The notes beneath the pieces were generated by a model, which ran no database searches, was not told where the DNA came from, and was given only the letters and a program-made list of their open reading frames with translations. Positions 49,344-58,835 of a stretch of 64,000 nt of DNA are shown here, in pieces. Positions within the stretch are counted from its first letter, which is position 1, and every line of letters starts with the position of its first letter. The DNA is from Candidatus Multivoradales bacterium (GTDB lineage Bacteria; Acidobacteriota; Thermoanaerobaculia; Multivoradales; J023): the NCBI GenBank assembly GCA_965248925.1, contig CBDFLE010000006.1, forward strand, positions 960,001-1,024,000, written 5' to 3'. The position numbers and the translations under genes were made by a program.

Positions 49344-50945
49344 ATGACCGTTCCTCCTTCAGGCTGCTCGCGCTGGACCCCCTTGTTGGCGGCGCTGTGC
49401 TTGGCCCTGTGTTCCGCCTGCGATAAACCCCCTTCCACGACACGGGATCCGCCGCCCAGCTTGGCCGAGATCCCCTGGCCCGACCTCGATCAGCTGGCCC
49501 CCGAAATAGCCGCCCAACTGCGCCAACAACGCCTGACCTTGGAGGCCCTGCAACAGCAATCCACCGGCCGCAGCGCAGAGCTAGGCCAGGCATACGGTGC
49601 CGCCGGCCGGCTCTTCCACGCTTACCAGTTGCACACCGCGGCCGAGGGTTGCTACCAGTACGCCCGCGCCCTGCAACCCGAAATGGCCGAGTGGCGCTAC
49701 TACTTGGGTCGCTTGCACGCCACCTTGGGGAATTCATCGGCGGCGGCTACCGAATTCGAGGCTTTTCTCAAACTCAGGCCTGACGACCGACCTGCCCGCC
49801 TGGCCCTAGGACAGGCGCTGGCCGAAATGGGGGACACGGCGGGTGCTCGCGCCGCGTTCGCAAAGCTGTTGGCCGAGGAAGAGGGTGCCGTCGCTCATTT
49901 CGAACTCGGCCAGCTTGACGCCGAGGGCAGCGATTTCGCCGCCGCCGCGAACCACTTCGAACGCGCCCTCGCCTTGCAACCTTCCGCCAGCCGGCTCCAC
50001 CTGCCTCTAGCGCGAGCTTACCGCCAGCTAGGAAGAGAGGATGATGCCGAGCACCACCTGGCCCAACGCGGTAACGGTCCGCTACAAATCGAAGATCCGC
50101 TGATCGAGCAGCTCGGTCAGCTGGCCACCGGCTTTCGCTCGTTCGCCAATCGGGGCGTGACCGCCTTTCGCCAGCGCGACTACCGCGCCGCCACCGCGGC
50201 CTTTGCCAAAGCCGTCGAACTCGAACCCGACAACGCCAACGCGCGGCAGAACCTGGCTTCGGCGTTGCTGCTCAGCGGCCAGCCGGAGCCGGCCGAGCAT
50301 CACTACCGCGAAGCCATCCGACTGCAACCCGACCTCGCCCAGGCGCATTTCAACCTAGGTACGTTGCTAGCCGGCAAGGGCGACCGCGCAGCGGCCATCG
50401 AACAGCTACTTCAAGCTGTCGAGCTAGTGCCTTCGTATCGCGACGCTCACTTCAACCTCGCCAAGCAGCTGCTCGACAGCCGCCGCTGGGACGACTCTCA
50501 TCTACACTTCGAGAGGGTCTTGGAACTCGATCCGGGCAACGCCGGGGCCTACCTCGGTACTAGCCGCAGCCTAGCCGGCAGAGGCCGCTGGGCGGAAGCC
50601 CTGCGCCGGCTCGAGAAAGGGCGCCAGACGCTAGCCGAAGATCCGCGAATCCTCATCTCCCAGACCCGACTGCTGGCCGCGGCCCCCGACCCGTTGGTGC
50701 GTGATGGCGATCGTGCGCTGGCTCTTGCCGAGGGCTTGTTGCGACGGCAGCGCACCGTGCCCCATCTGGTAATCCACGCCATGGCATTGGCCGAGCTGGG
50801 CCGCTTCGAAGAAGCCGCCGCCCAACAGCTTGCGGCGATCGAGCTGGCAGGCGCCACCGGTGCAGTGCCCGAGCATTTGCCACTCAGTCTCGACCTCTAC
50901 CTGGCGGACAGGCCCTGCCGCGAGCCCTGGCCCGGCATCGGCTAA
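49344..50945 (+). CDS. TPR lipoprotein
   Basis: Lipobox-like CSAC; many TPRs (AHFNLG); RDGDRALALAE C-terminal motif. Confidence 0.9.
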   Translation: MTVPPSGCSRWTPLLAALCLALCSACDKPPSTTRDPPPSLAEIPWPDLDQLAPEIAAQLRQQRLTLEALQQQSTGRSAELGQAYGAAGRLFHAYQLHTAAEGCYQYARALQPEMAEWRYYLGRLHATLGNSSAAATEFEAFLKLRPDDRPARLALGQALAEMGDTAGARAAFAKLLAEEEGAVAHFELGQLDAEGSDFAAAANHFERALALQPSASRLHLPLARAYRQLGREDDAEHHLAQRGNGPLQIEDPLIEQLGQLATGFRSFANRGVTAFRQRDYRAATAAFAKAVELEPDNANARQNLASALLLSGQPEPAEHHYREAIRLQPDLAQAHFNLGTLLAGKGDRAAAIEQLLQAVELVPSYRDAHFNLAKQLLDSRRWDDSHLHFERVLELDPGNAGAYLGTSRSLAGRGRWAEALRRLEKGRQTLAEDPRILISQTRLLAAAPDPLVRDGDRALALAEGLLRRQRTVPHLVIHAMALAELGRFEEAAAQQLAAIELAGATGAVPEHLPLSLDLYLADRPCREPWPGIG

Positions 50946-50951
50946 CCGGGC

Positions 50952-52937
50952 TCAGCGCTGCTCACCCACCCGCTCCCGCCGCAACTGCTCGAGCATTTGC
51001 CCTAGGCGAGCCGCAGACGGGTTTCTTGCGACCGCGCGGCGCAGGAGATCCTCCGCCGCGTCCAGCCTCCCCGCCTGCCGCAAGAGGATCGCAGCATTGC
51101 TCACCGCTGCCTCGGGATAGGGCGGCTGCTCGGCCATCTCTAGCGAAATCCCTAGCGCCTCCGCGCCACGCCCCACCGCCGCCAAGGCAATGGCGTAGTT
51201 CAGCCGACAGCGGCCCATCTCGGCGGCCTGCAGCGAACCGCGGGCAGCCCAGGCAGCGAGCGCCTGCTGGTAGTGCGGCAGCGCCCGCTGCGGCTGACCA
51301 CGACGAGTGTGCAGCAACAGAGCCAGGTTGCGGTGCCCCTGGGGAGAGTCGGAGTCGGCGGCGATGGCCTGGCGAAACAAGGCTTCAGCCTCCTCTACCC
51401 GACCCGCTGCCAGCGCCTTCGCCCCCAGCCAATCGAAGGCTGCCGGGTTTCCCGGATCCACCACCGCCACCCGTTGCCACAGCGCCGAATCAGTCGCCCA
51501 GAAAGGGTCGTGGTAGAGATTGCTCACGGTCCACAACGCCAACAGCGCGCCCACCGCAAGATTCCGCCAACGCGGCGCCAAGCGCCAGAGCAACCACACC
51601 ACGCCGACACAAAAACCTAGAACCGCCAGGTAAAGATATCGCTGGTGCACCAGATAGGCCGGCCGAAAAGAGCGGGTGTTGAAGACCGGCCAAACACAGG
51701 CCCCGATCCACGCCGCGCCGAACAACAGCACCGGGCGCCGACGCCACAGCCACCCACCGACGGCGACCAAGGCCCCCAACACGAGCAACGCCCCCCAGGC
51801 CCGTGGATCGCCCCAGCTTACCAAGTAGCGCACCGGATAACTGGGTGAGAAATCCCAGGGCCAGAACAGAAAGCGCAAATACCACAAAGCCAGCCAAGGC
51901 AAGGTCGGCAACACCTCGACTATTTCCATTCCACCGGCAACGACCCCAAAGACGGTGTGGATCGCCAGCTTGCGGACATAGATCCACAGCAGGGTGAGGA
52001 GCAGGAAAGGCAAGTAGCCGAGGGCCACCCGGCGCAGCTCGAACCAGCGCGCCGCAGGAACCCGCGGTCTGACCCAGGCCAGCCAGCCGAGAGCCAAGCC
52101 ACCGAGCGCCAAGAACTCGGCCACGAACGCCAGGTGGAGGTGGCGCATCAGTCCCTGGCCAGCGAAGAGTTCCAGCGCGAAGACAATTGCCATCAGACCC
52201 ACCAAGCCGCCATAGGCCCGCCACAGCCAACGCTCGCCGCGGCGATGAGCTAGCAAGCCATCGACCAGCGGCAGCAGCAGCAGCAGGGACAACGCCGATT
52301 CCTTGAGACAGAGAGCAGCGGCGTAGCACAGCGCCGCCGCTGCCAAGCGCCAGAGTCCGCCCGCTTGCCGCCAGCCCAACCAGAGCGCCAGCCCAACCAA
52401 CAGCAGTGCCGCTGCCGGCGGATCGTTGTAAGCCGCGGCAATCCAGCTCACAGACTCTCCATGGGCCGGATGCACCGCGAAAAGGGCCGCTACCGCCAGC
52501 GCCTGGTAGCGACCAAATCCTAGCCGCAGCAACAGCCACCAAGCCGCCCAACAAGCGAGCAAATGGAGCCCCAGACCCGCCCCATGCCAGGCTCGGGTAT
52601 CGAGCTCAAAGAGCTGGTACATGGCCAAGTACTGAACATAGAACAAGGGCCGCCAGTAGTTCGATCGCTCGCCGTCGTCGCGCGACAACGAGAGAATGTC
52701 TTGCCGCCAGAAATCGGCGAAGCTCGACCCCTGGCGCAGGCGCATGTTGTTGACCACCTGCTCGTGATCGTCCCAGACGAACTCGTGGCTCAGGGTGGGA
52801 GCGAAGGAAATCCCGATGACTACCGCCAGACAAGCCACCGCGAGCCCAGACGAAAGCCGCGGCCAGCCGCCGCCTGCACGGCTCTCGGAAGGCGATTCGC
52901 TCACGGGCGGAGCCTGACGTACACGGCGGTTCTCCAA
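50952..52937 (-). CDS. TMTC-like (GT-C) membrane glycosyltransferase with C-terminal TPRs
   Basis: FVWDD, YWRPL, LFAVHPAHGESVSWI, KE, RYLYL, then TPRs. Confidence 0.88.
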   Translation of the reverse strand: MENRRVRQAPPVSESPSESRAGGGWPRLSSGLAVACLAVVIGISFAPTLSHEFVWDDHEQVVNNMRLRQGSSFADFWRQDILSLSRDDGERSNYWRPLFYVQYLAMYQLFELDTRAWHGAGLGLHLLACWAAWWLLLRLGFGRYQALAVAALFAVHPAHGESVSWIAAAYNDPPAAALLLVGLALWLGWRQAGGLWRLAAAALCYAAALCLKESALSLLLLLPLVDGLLAHRRGERWLWRAYGGLVGLMAIVFALELFAGQGLMRHLHLAFVAEFLALGGLALGWLAWVRPRVPAARWFELRRVALGYLPFLLLTLLWIYVRKLAIHTVFGVVAGGMEIVEVLPTLPWLALWYLRFLFWPWDFSPSYPVRYLVSWGDPRAWGALLVLGALVAVGGWLWRRRPVLLFGAAWIGACVWPVFNTRSFRPAYLVHQRYLYLAVLGFCVGVVWLLWRLAPRWRNLAVGALLALWTVSNLYHDPFWATDSALWQRVAVVDPGNPAAFDWLGAKALAAGRVEEAEALFRQAIAADSDSPQGHRNLALLLHTRRGQPQRALPHYQQALAAWAARGSLQAAEMGRCRLNYAIALAAVGRGAEALGISLEMAEQPPYPEAAVSNAAILLRQAGRLDAAEDLLRRAVARNPSAARLGQMLEQLRRERVGEQR

Positions 52938-52998
52938 CTAAGTTACGAGGTAAGAACAGGGGTCAATCTTAGCATTCACCCGCTGCTAAACTGCCTCC

Positions 52999-54903
52999 AT
53001 GACCGCCGCCAAGACTGCCGCCAAGACTGCCGCCAAGACGCTGTCTATCCCCCATCCGGACGGCGGCCCAGCAACCAGCGATGGCTGGATCGCCCTCGTC
53101 TTGGTGGCCCTCGCCATTCTGCCCTTCGTCGTCAGCCTCGGCGGCGACTTCGTCTATGACGACCGCCACCAGATCGTAGGCAACCACCTGATCCAAGACA
53201 ACGCCTACCTGGGCCGGGCGCTGACCTCCGACGTGTGGGCCTTCAAGAGTCAGCGCGAGGCCGCTTGGAGCAACTACTGGCGACCGACATTCGTGCTCTG
53301 GCTGACTCTCCAGCACCGCCTGTTTGGCCTCGCATCGACATTAGGGTGGCACCTATCGAGTCTCGCCTTGCACGCCTTGGTCTGCCTACTGGCCTACGCC
53401 CTTCTGCGTCGCCTAGTGCTCGGCCGATGGGCCGCCGCGACGATCGCTGGACTGTTCGCCGTGCATCCGGTACATGTCGAATCAGTGGCGTGGATTTCGG
53501 GCTCGCCCGACTTGCTGGCGGCCGCCGCCATGCTCGGCGCATTGCTCGCCCTACCCCTCGATTCTGACCGCAGCCGACGGCTGCGACGGGCGGTGGCGCT
53601 GCTGCTGGCGACGGTAGCGCTAGGAGCCAAGGAGTATTCGGTAATGCTGCCAATCTTGGTGGCCATCCTCAGTTGGCTACGCGGCCCGCCGAGCAAGCGC
53701 CAGGCCGCTCTTACCGCTTTACCCTTCGCGACTCTAGTGGCGCTCTACTTGATCTGCCGCTTCTGGGTCCTCGGCACCGTCGAAATCGATACTCCTTGGA
53801 GCCTCGGCCCGCTCGGCATGGCGGCCAATGTTCCGGCGCTGCTGACCTTTTACCTACGCCAGAGCTTGTGGCCCCTGGAACTCGGCCCCTCGTATCCCCT
53901 GCGAGCCATCCAACTCAGCGAGGTCGGCTGGAGCAACTTCTGGCTACCTCTGCTCGGCCTGCTGCTGATCGCCGCCGGCACCCTGGCCTTGGCCCGCCGC
54001 CGACCGCTGGTGTGGATGGCAGCGGCGCTCTTTGCCCTGCCCTTGCTGCCGGCGCTGAACATTGACGCCTTCATCCAGGAACAGCTGGTGCATGATCGCT
54101 ATCTCTACCTGCCCTTGCTGGGCTTACTATCAATCTTAGCCGTAGCCTGGCAGCAGCTGCTGCCCCGGCTGAGCAGCACCGCGGCCCGCCGCTGGCTGGC
54201 CGCCGCGGCGGTGGTGTTGATGGCAACACTAGGCTGGCAAACCAGCCTCTACGCCCGAACTTGGACTTCGGAGCTGGCGCTGTGGCAACGAGCGGTCGAG
54301 GTCGATCCCAGCTCCGCCTTCAACTACACGGAATACGGCGGTGCCTTGCTCCAAGCCGGTCGCATCGAGGAGGCGCGTTTGGCCCTGGACCGCGCGATCG
54401 AGATCGAAGCGGTGACCGTGGCCTTTTTGAAGCGCGCCGATTTGGCCATGCGCCAAGGCCGGCTGGCGGACGCCGAGAGTGACCTCGCAATGGTGCAACG
54501 CCACCTACCGCAAGACCCGCGTCCCTACCGCCGTCTGGCCCAACTGCGACAGGCCACCGGTCGTGGCGCCGAGGCCCAACGCACGCTGCGTCAAGGACGC
54601 CGCCAGGCGCCGGAGCAATGGTGCGCCATGACCGCCGATCTGGCAGTGCTGCTCTACTTGGCCAACGAGCGGACAGCGGCCCTCGAAGAACTGGAAGCCT
54701 GCCGCTCTAGGCTCGACCGAGAACCCACCCCCGACTGCCTCCGCGGCCTCCTCAGACTGGCCTCCTTGTACCGTGAGAAGGGCCGCGAAGAGGCCGCCCT
54801 TGACGCCTTCGATGAGCTTGCCAGGCGAACTTCCGGGCACCGCCCAGCGGCGGTGATGGCGCTCCACGAACAGGCTCTGAAAGCCCTTGGCGACGCCCCC
54901 TGA
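52999..54903 (+). CDS. TMTC-like (GT-C) membrane glycosyltransferase with C-terminal TPRs
   Basis: FVYDD, YWRP, LFAVHPVHVESVAWISG, AKE, DRYLYLP, WTSELALW. Confidence 0.88.
   Translation: MTAAKTAAKTAAKTLSIPHPDGGPATSDGWIALVLVALAILPFVVSLGGDFVYDDRHQIVGNHLIQDNAYLGRALTSDVWAFKSQREAAWSNYWRPTFVLWLTLQHRLFGLASTLGWHLSSLALHALVCLLAYALLRRLVLGRWAAATIAGLFAVHPVHVESVAWISGSPDLLAAAAMLGALLALPLDSDRSRRLRRAVALLLATVALGAKEYSVMLPILVAILSWLRGPPSKRQAALTALPFATLVALYLICRFWVLGTVEIDTPWSLGPLGMAANVPALLTFYLRQSLWPLELGPSYPLRAIQLSEVGWSNFWLPLLGLLLIAAGTLALARRRPLVWMAAALFALPLLPALNIDAFIQEQLVHDRYLYLPLLGLLSILAVAWQQLLPRLSSTAARRWLAAAAVVLMATLGWQTSLYARTWTSELALWQRAVEVDPSSAFNYTEYGGALLQAGRIEEARLALDRAIEIEAVTVAFLKRADLAMRQGRLADAESDLAMVQRHLPQDPRPYRRLAQLRQATGRGAEAQRTLRQGRRQAPEQWCAMTADLAVLLYLANERTAALEELEACRSRLDREPTPDCLRGLLRLASLYREKGREEAALDAFDELARRTSGHRPAAVMALHEQALKALGDAP
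53001..53039 (+). repeat. 12-bp in-frame tandem repeat (TAAK x3)
   Basis: GACYGCCGCCAA x3 directly after the start codon. Confidence 0.85.
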
Positions 54904-54941
54904 AACCGCTGCCCTGGTAGCACTTCTGGTATGCTGAATGC

Positions 54942-55421
54942 ATGGTCAAAACTCAAACTGTGCGCTTTGCTCGAGCTTGGAGCTATCCGTTGGTGGTCCT
55001 CGCTCTCCTGCTGGTCACTTGCACCCAGCCGACGAACGATGCTGGCGCTACCGCCAACTCCACCACGCCTCCAGCTGCCAGCGGGTCAGCTGACAGCGAG
55101 GGTGACGGCAGCCCAGCCGCTGAGGGTCGAGACCCGTTGCGTAACCGGGTGAATTGGGCCACCGCCAGCGAAGTCGATATCTTTGGCTACGACATCTATC
55201 GCGGCGAGAGCCCAGACGGCCCATTCGAGCGCGTCACAACAGAACCCGTCCCCGCCGCTGGCACCACCGACGAGCCGCAGAAATACACTTGGATCGACCC
55301 CACCAACGATCCCACCAAGGACTACTACTACTACGTCGAGAACATCTCGATGTCGAACCAGCGGGAGCACCTCACCGGCATCGGCCATGTCCCGCCGAAA
55401 CAACCCGCGGCGGCTGACTGA
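54942..55421 (+). CDS. Small putative lipoprotein with an N-terminally incomplete FN3/Ig-like domain
   Basis: LLLVTC, low-complexity linker, then VNWATASEVDIFGYDIYRGESPDGPF...YTWID...YYYYVE. Confidence 0.85.
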   Translation: MVKTQTVRFARAWSYPLVVLALLLVTCTQPTNDAGATANSTTPPAASGSADSEGDGSPAAEGRDPLRNRVNWATASEVDIFGYDIYRGESPDGPFERVTTEPVPAAGTTDEPQKYTWIDPTNDPTKDYYYYVENISMSNQREHLTGIGHVPPKQPAAAD

Positions 55422-55458
55422 CCCCCGCAGCAAAGGCTAACCGCCGCACTCGACGACC

Positions 55459-57084
55459 ATGATCTCGTCGCGCCGCCCACTGCTGCTGCTCGCCTTGCTG
55501 CTACCCCTGTTGGTGGTCGGCGCAACGCTGCTCTACATGCTGGGCATGCGCTACCTCGAAGGCTCGCCGCGCGATTTTCTGACCAGTTTGGAGTTCGTCT
55601 CCGAGACTCTGACCTCAGTGGGTTACGGCGCCGATAGCAGCTGGCGCCACCCGCTGATGCTGCTGCTGGTGATCGGCTTGCAGTTCGCCGGTTCTTTCTT
55701 GCTGCTGCTGATCCTGCCCTTGATCATGCTGCCGATGCTCGAGCGACGGTTCGAGACCCGGCTGCCGCAGCGGGCGGCGAAGCTCTCCGAGCACGTGGTG
55801 ATCTACCGCTGGGGAGCCGCGGTCGAGACCCTGGCGAGCGAACTCGACCGTACCGAAGTGCCGGTGCTGATCCTCGAGGAGAGTGAGAGTGAAGCCCGGC
55901 GGTTGCTTGAGACCGGCCGCCAGGTGGTGTTCTGCTCCAACCCCACCACGGCGCTCGACAGGGTCTCCCTGAGCGAAGCTAGAGCTTTGATCGCCAATGG
56001 CAGCGACGAAGAAAACGCGGCGATCATTCTCACTGCCCGACAGGTTGGCTTTGAGGGAAAAATCCTCGCAATCGTCGAAGACCCCTTCCACCGCCAAGCG
56101 ATGTCCTTGGCCGGCGCCAGCGAAGTGTTCACCCCACGCCACGTCTTGGCCTCGGCCTTGGCGGCCCGCGCTAGCCACCAGGTCAGTCCGCGGGTCAGTG
56201 GCTTGCAACAGCTCGGCAAGCACCTGCAAGTCGAAGAAGTGCGTATCGACCCCGCAAGCCCGCTGGCCGGCCGGACTTTGGCCGAGACCGAGATCCACAG
56301 ACAAACCGGCACCACCGTGATCGGCCAGTGGATCGGTGGCGAACTAGAGACCCGCCCCCATGGCCAAATGCGCCTCGAACCCCACGGCATCTTGGTGGCT
56401 ATCGGCAGGCAAGAGGGCCTCGAGCGCCTAGCTTCCTTGGCGGGTAGCATGGTGCAGCTAAGCCCGGCAGAGCACTTCGTGATCTGTGGCTTCGGCGAAG
56501 TCGGTCGCAAGGTGGCCGAACTACTCGACCAGGCGGGTGAAACGGTCCGCGTGGTCGACCGCCAGCGCCTGGCCGGAGTGGATGTAGTAGGCGATGTGCT
56601 GGATCCAGCGGTTCTCGACGCCGCCGAAATCGACTCTGCCCAAGCGGTGGTGTTAGCGCTGGACAATGACCCGGCGACCCTCTTTGCCACCGTCATCCTG
56701 CGCGACCGCGCCACCGAGACGCCGATCGTGGCGCGGGTCAATGCCGCCGACAATGTGGATCGGATCCACCGCGCGGGAGCCGATTTTGCGCTTTCGATCA
56801 GCCAAGTTTCGGGGCAAGTGCTAGCCCGCTGCCTGTTGCGCCTAGAGTCGGTGTCGATCGACGCGCGACTGCGGGTTACCAAGCTGCCGCGGCACCGTCT
56901 GGGCGGCCATCAGCCGGCTGAATTCAAGCTACGCTCTCGCACCGGCTGCTCGGTGGTAGCAGTCGAGCGCGGCGATCAGGTGTTGGTGGATGTGGGCCCG
57001 CGATTCACTTTCGACGCCAACGACGTACTCTACGTCTGCGGCAGCGATCAGGCGATCCAGCGGTTCATCGAGGCTTTTTGCTAG
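55459..57084 (+). CDS. Potassium channel / TrkA-domain protein
   Basis: TLTSVGYG filter; two RCK_N/RCK_C pairs (ICGFGEVG). Confidence 0.92.
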   Translation: MISSRRPLLLLALLLPLLVVGATLLYMLGMRYLEGSPRDFLTSLEFVSETLTSVGYGADSSWRHPLMLLLVIGLQFAGSFLLLLILPLIMLPMLERRFETRLPQRAAKLSEHVVIYRWGAAVETLASELDRTEVPVLILEESESEARRLLETGRQVVFCSNPTTALDRVSLSEARALIANGSDEENAAIILTARQVGFEGKILAIVEDPFHRQAMSLAGASEVFTPRHVLASALAARASHQVSPRVSGLQQLGKHLQVEEVRIDPASPLAGRTLAETEIHRQTGTTVIGQWIGGELETRPHGQMRLEPHGILVAIGRQEGLERLASLAGSMVQLSPAEHFVICGFGEVGRKVAELLDQAGETVRVVDRQRLAGVDVVGDVLDPAVLDAAEIDSAQAVVLALDNDPATLFATVILRDRATETPIVARVNAADNVDRIHRAGADFALSISQVSGQVLARCLLRLESVSIDARLRVTKLPRHRLGGHQPAEFKLRSRTGCSVVAVERGDQVLVDVGPRFTFDANDVLYVCGSDQAIQRFIEAFC

Positions 57085-58385
57085 TCGTCCCAACGGCCCA
57101 TGATCAGCGCCCCGTTGGTGCCACCGAAACCAAATGAGTTGGTCAGCGCATAGCGGAGATCGACAGCCCGTGGCCGGTGCGGCACGAAGTCGAGGTCGGC
57201 CAGCGGGTCCGGATGGTCGAGATTGAGAGTGGCGGGAAGCCGCTGATGCTTCAAGGCCAAGGCCAAAATGCCGCTTTCGAGCCCACCCGCGGCGCCCAGC
57301 AAATGGCCGGTAGCTGACTTGGTCGACGACACCGCGAGCCGGTAGGCATGGTCGCCATAGACCTGCTTGATGGCTTGCACCTCGCCCAGATCACCCAGGG
57401 TCGTCGAAGTGCCGTGGGCATTGATGTAGCCGATCGAGTCGGCCTCCAAACCGGCGTCTTTGAGCGCGCTGTTCATTACTCGAGCGGCGCCGCCGCCTCT
57501 CGGATCAGGGGCCGAGATGTGGTAGGCGTCGCCTGACATCCCATAACCGACCAGCTCGGCGTAGATCTCCGCCCCCCGCTGCTGCGCCGCGCCGAGTTCT
57601 TCTAGCACCAGGATACCGGCCCCTTCGCCGATGACGAACCCATCGCGATCGCGATCCCACGGCCGAGACGCCTTCTGCGGCTCGTCGTTGCGGGTCGACA
57701 GGGCTTTCATCGAGGCAAAACCAGCCACCGCCAACGGCGTGATCACCGCTTCGGTACCGCCGCAGATCATCGCCTCGGCATAGTCTCCCTGAATCAACCT
57801 GAAGGCATCGCCAACCGCGTGCAATCCGGTGGTGCAGGCGGTTGCCACCGCAGAGTTCGGCCCCTGAGCACCGTAGCGGATCGACACCTGGCCAGCGGCC
57901 AGATTGATCGACAGAGCGGGAATGAAGAAGGGCGAGACCCGGCCGGGACCGCGTTCGAGCAGCCGCCGGTGAGTCTCTTCAATAAAGGCCAGGCCGCCGA
58001 TACCGGAGCCGATCAACACCCCGACCCGCTCGCGGTTCTGGTCGCTGATCTCGAGAGCAGAGTCTTCCATCGCGAACTGCGCCGCCGCCATCGCGAACTG
58101 GATGAAGCGGTCACACTTCTTGACATCCTTGCGCTCAAAGTAATCGAAGGGATCAAACCCCTCGACTTCGCCAGCGATGCGGCAAGGAAACTTCTCGGTG
58201 TCGAAGCGAGTGATCGGGCCAATGCCGCTCTGCGACGCCATCAGCCCATCCCAAGTCGCCGCGGTGCCAACACCGAGGGGCGACACCAAGCCGACTCCGG
58301 TCACCACTACCCGCCGCCGGTAGCCAGACCCGGCGCCTTCGCCGACGCTCACCGCGTTGCGCTCCACGGCAAGGCCATTCTCCAA
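57081..58385 (-). CDS. fabF: Beta-ketoacyl-ACP synthase II
   Basis: RRVVVTGVG, ATACTTG, NAHGTST, GHLLGAAG, NSFGFGGTN. Confidence 0.97.
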   Translation of the reverse strand: MENGLAVERNAVSVGEGAGSGYRRRVVVTGVGLVSPLGVGTAATWDGLMASQSGIGPITRFDTEKFPCRIAGEVEGFDPFDYFERKDVKKCDRFIQFAMAAAQFAMEDSALEISDQNRERVGVLIGSGIGGLAFIEETHRRLLERGPGRVSPFFIPALSINLAAGQVSIRYGAQGPNSAVATACTTGLHAVGDAFRLIQGDYAEAMICGGTEAVITPLAVAGFASMKALSTRNDEPQKASRPWDRDRDGFVIGEGAGILVLEELGAAQQRGAEIYAELVGYGMSGDAYHISAPDPRGGGAARVMNSALKDAGLEADSIGYINAHGTSTTLGDLGEVQAIKQVYGDHAYRLAVSSTKSATGHLLGAAGGLESGILALALKHQRLPATLNLDHPDPLADLDFVPHRPRAVDLRYALTNSFGFGGTNGALIMGRWDD

Positions 58386-58407
58386 GCCATCTGAGAGGCC
58401 ACCCGGC

Positions 58408-58671
58408 TTAGTCCACCTTGGCGTTCTGTTCGATGTAGGAGACCGCGTCTTGTACCTTGGCGATCTTCTCGGCTTCGTCGTCGGGGATCTCGAGGTCGAA
58501 CTCTTCCTCGAACGCCATCACCAGCTCGACGATGTCGAGAGAGTCGGCGCCGAGATCGTCGGTGAAGCTGGCGGCAGGAATGACTTCATCCTGCTCGACG
58601 CCCAGCTGCTCCGCGATGATGCTGTTGACCTTGTCTTTAATGGCGTCTTTAGTGGCGTCTTTAGTGGCCAT
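58408..58671 (-). CDS. acpP: Acyl carrier protein
   Basis: [20 protein letters not shown]. Confidence 0.97.
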   Translation of the reverse strand: MATKDATKDAIKDKVNSIIAEQLGVEQDEVIPAASFTDDLGADSLDIVELVMAFEEEFDLEIPDDEAEKIAKVQDAVSYIEQNAKVD

Positions 58672-58835
58672 GGTCAGGAAACCTCCAGAGTTTGTCCGGG
58701 AACGGAAGGAGTTGTAGCATAAAGACGTCACCGAGGTCTACGTAGCAAGACCTTGCCCGATCTCTGACCGAGACTCCTGGGAACCTCTCGGTACCCCCCT
58801 GACGCCCTGGTTTTCGTGTTTCGCTCTCAGCTGAT

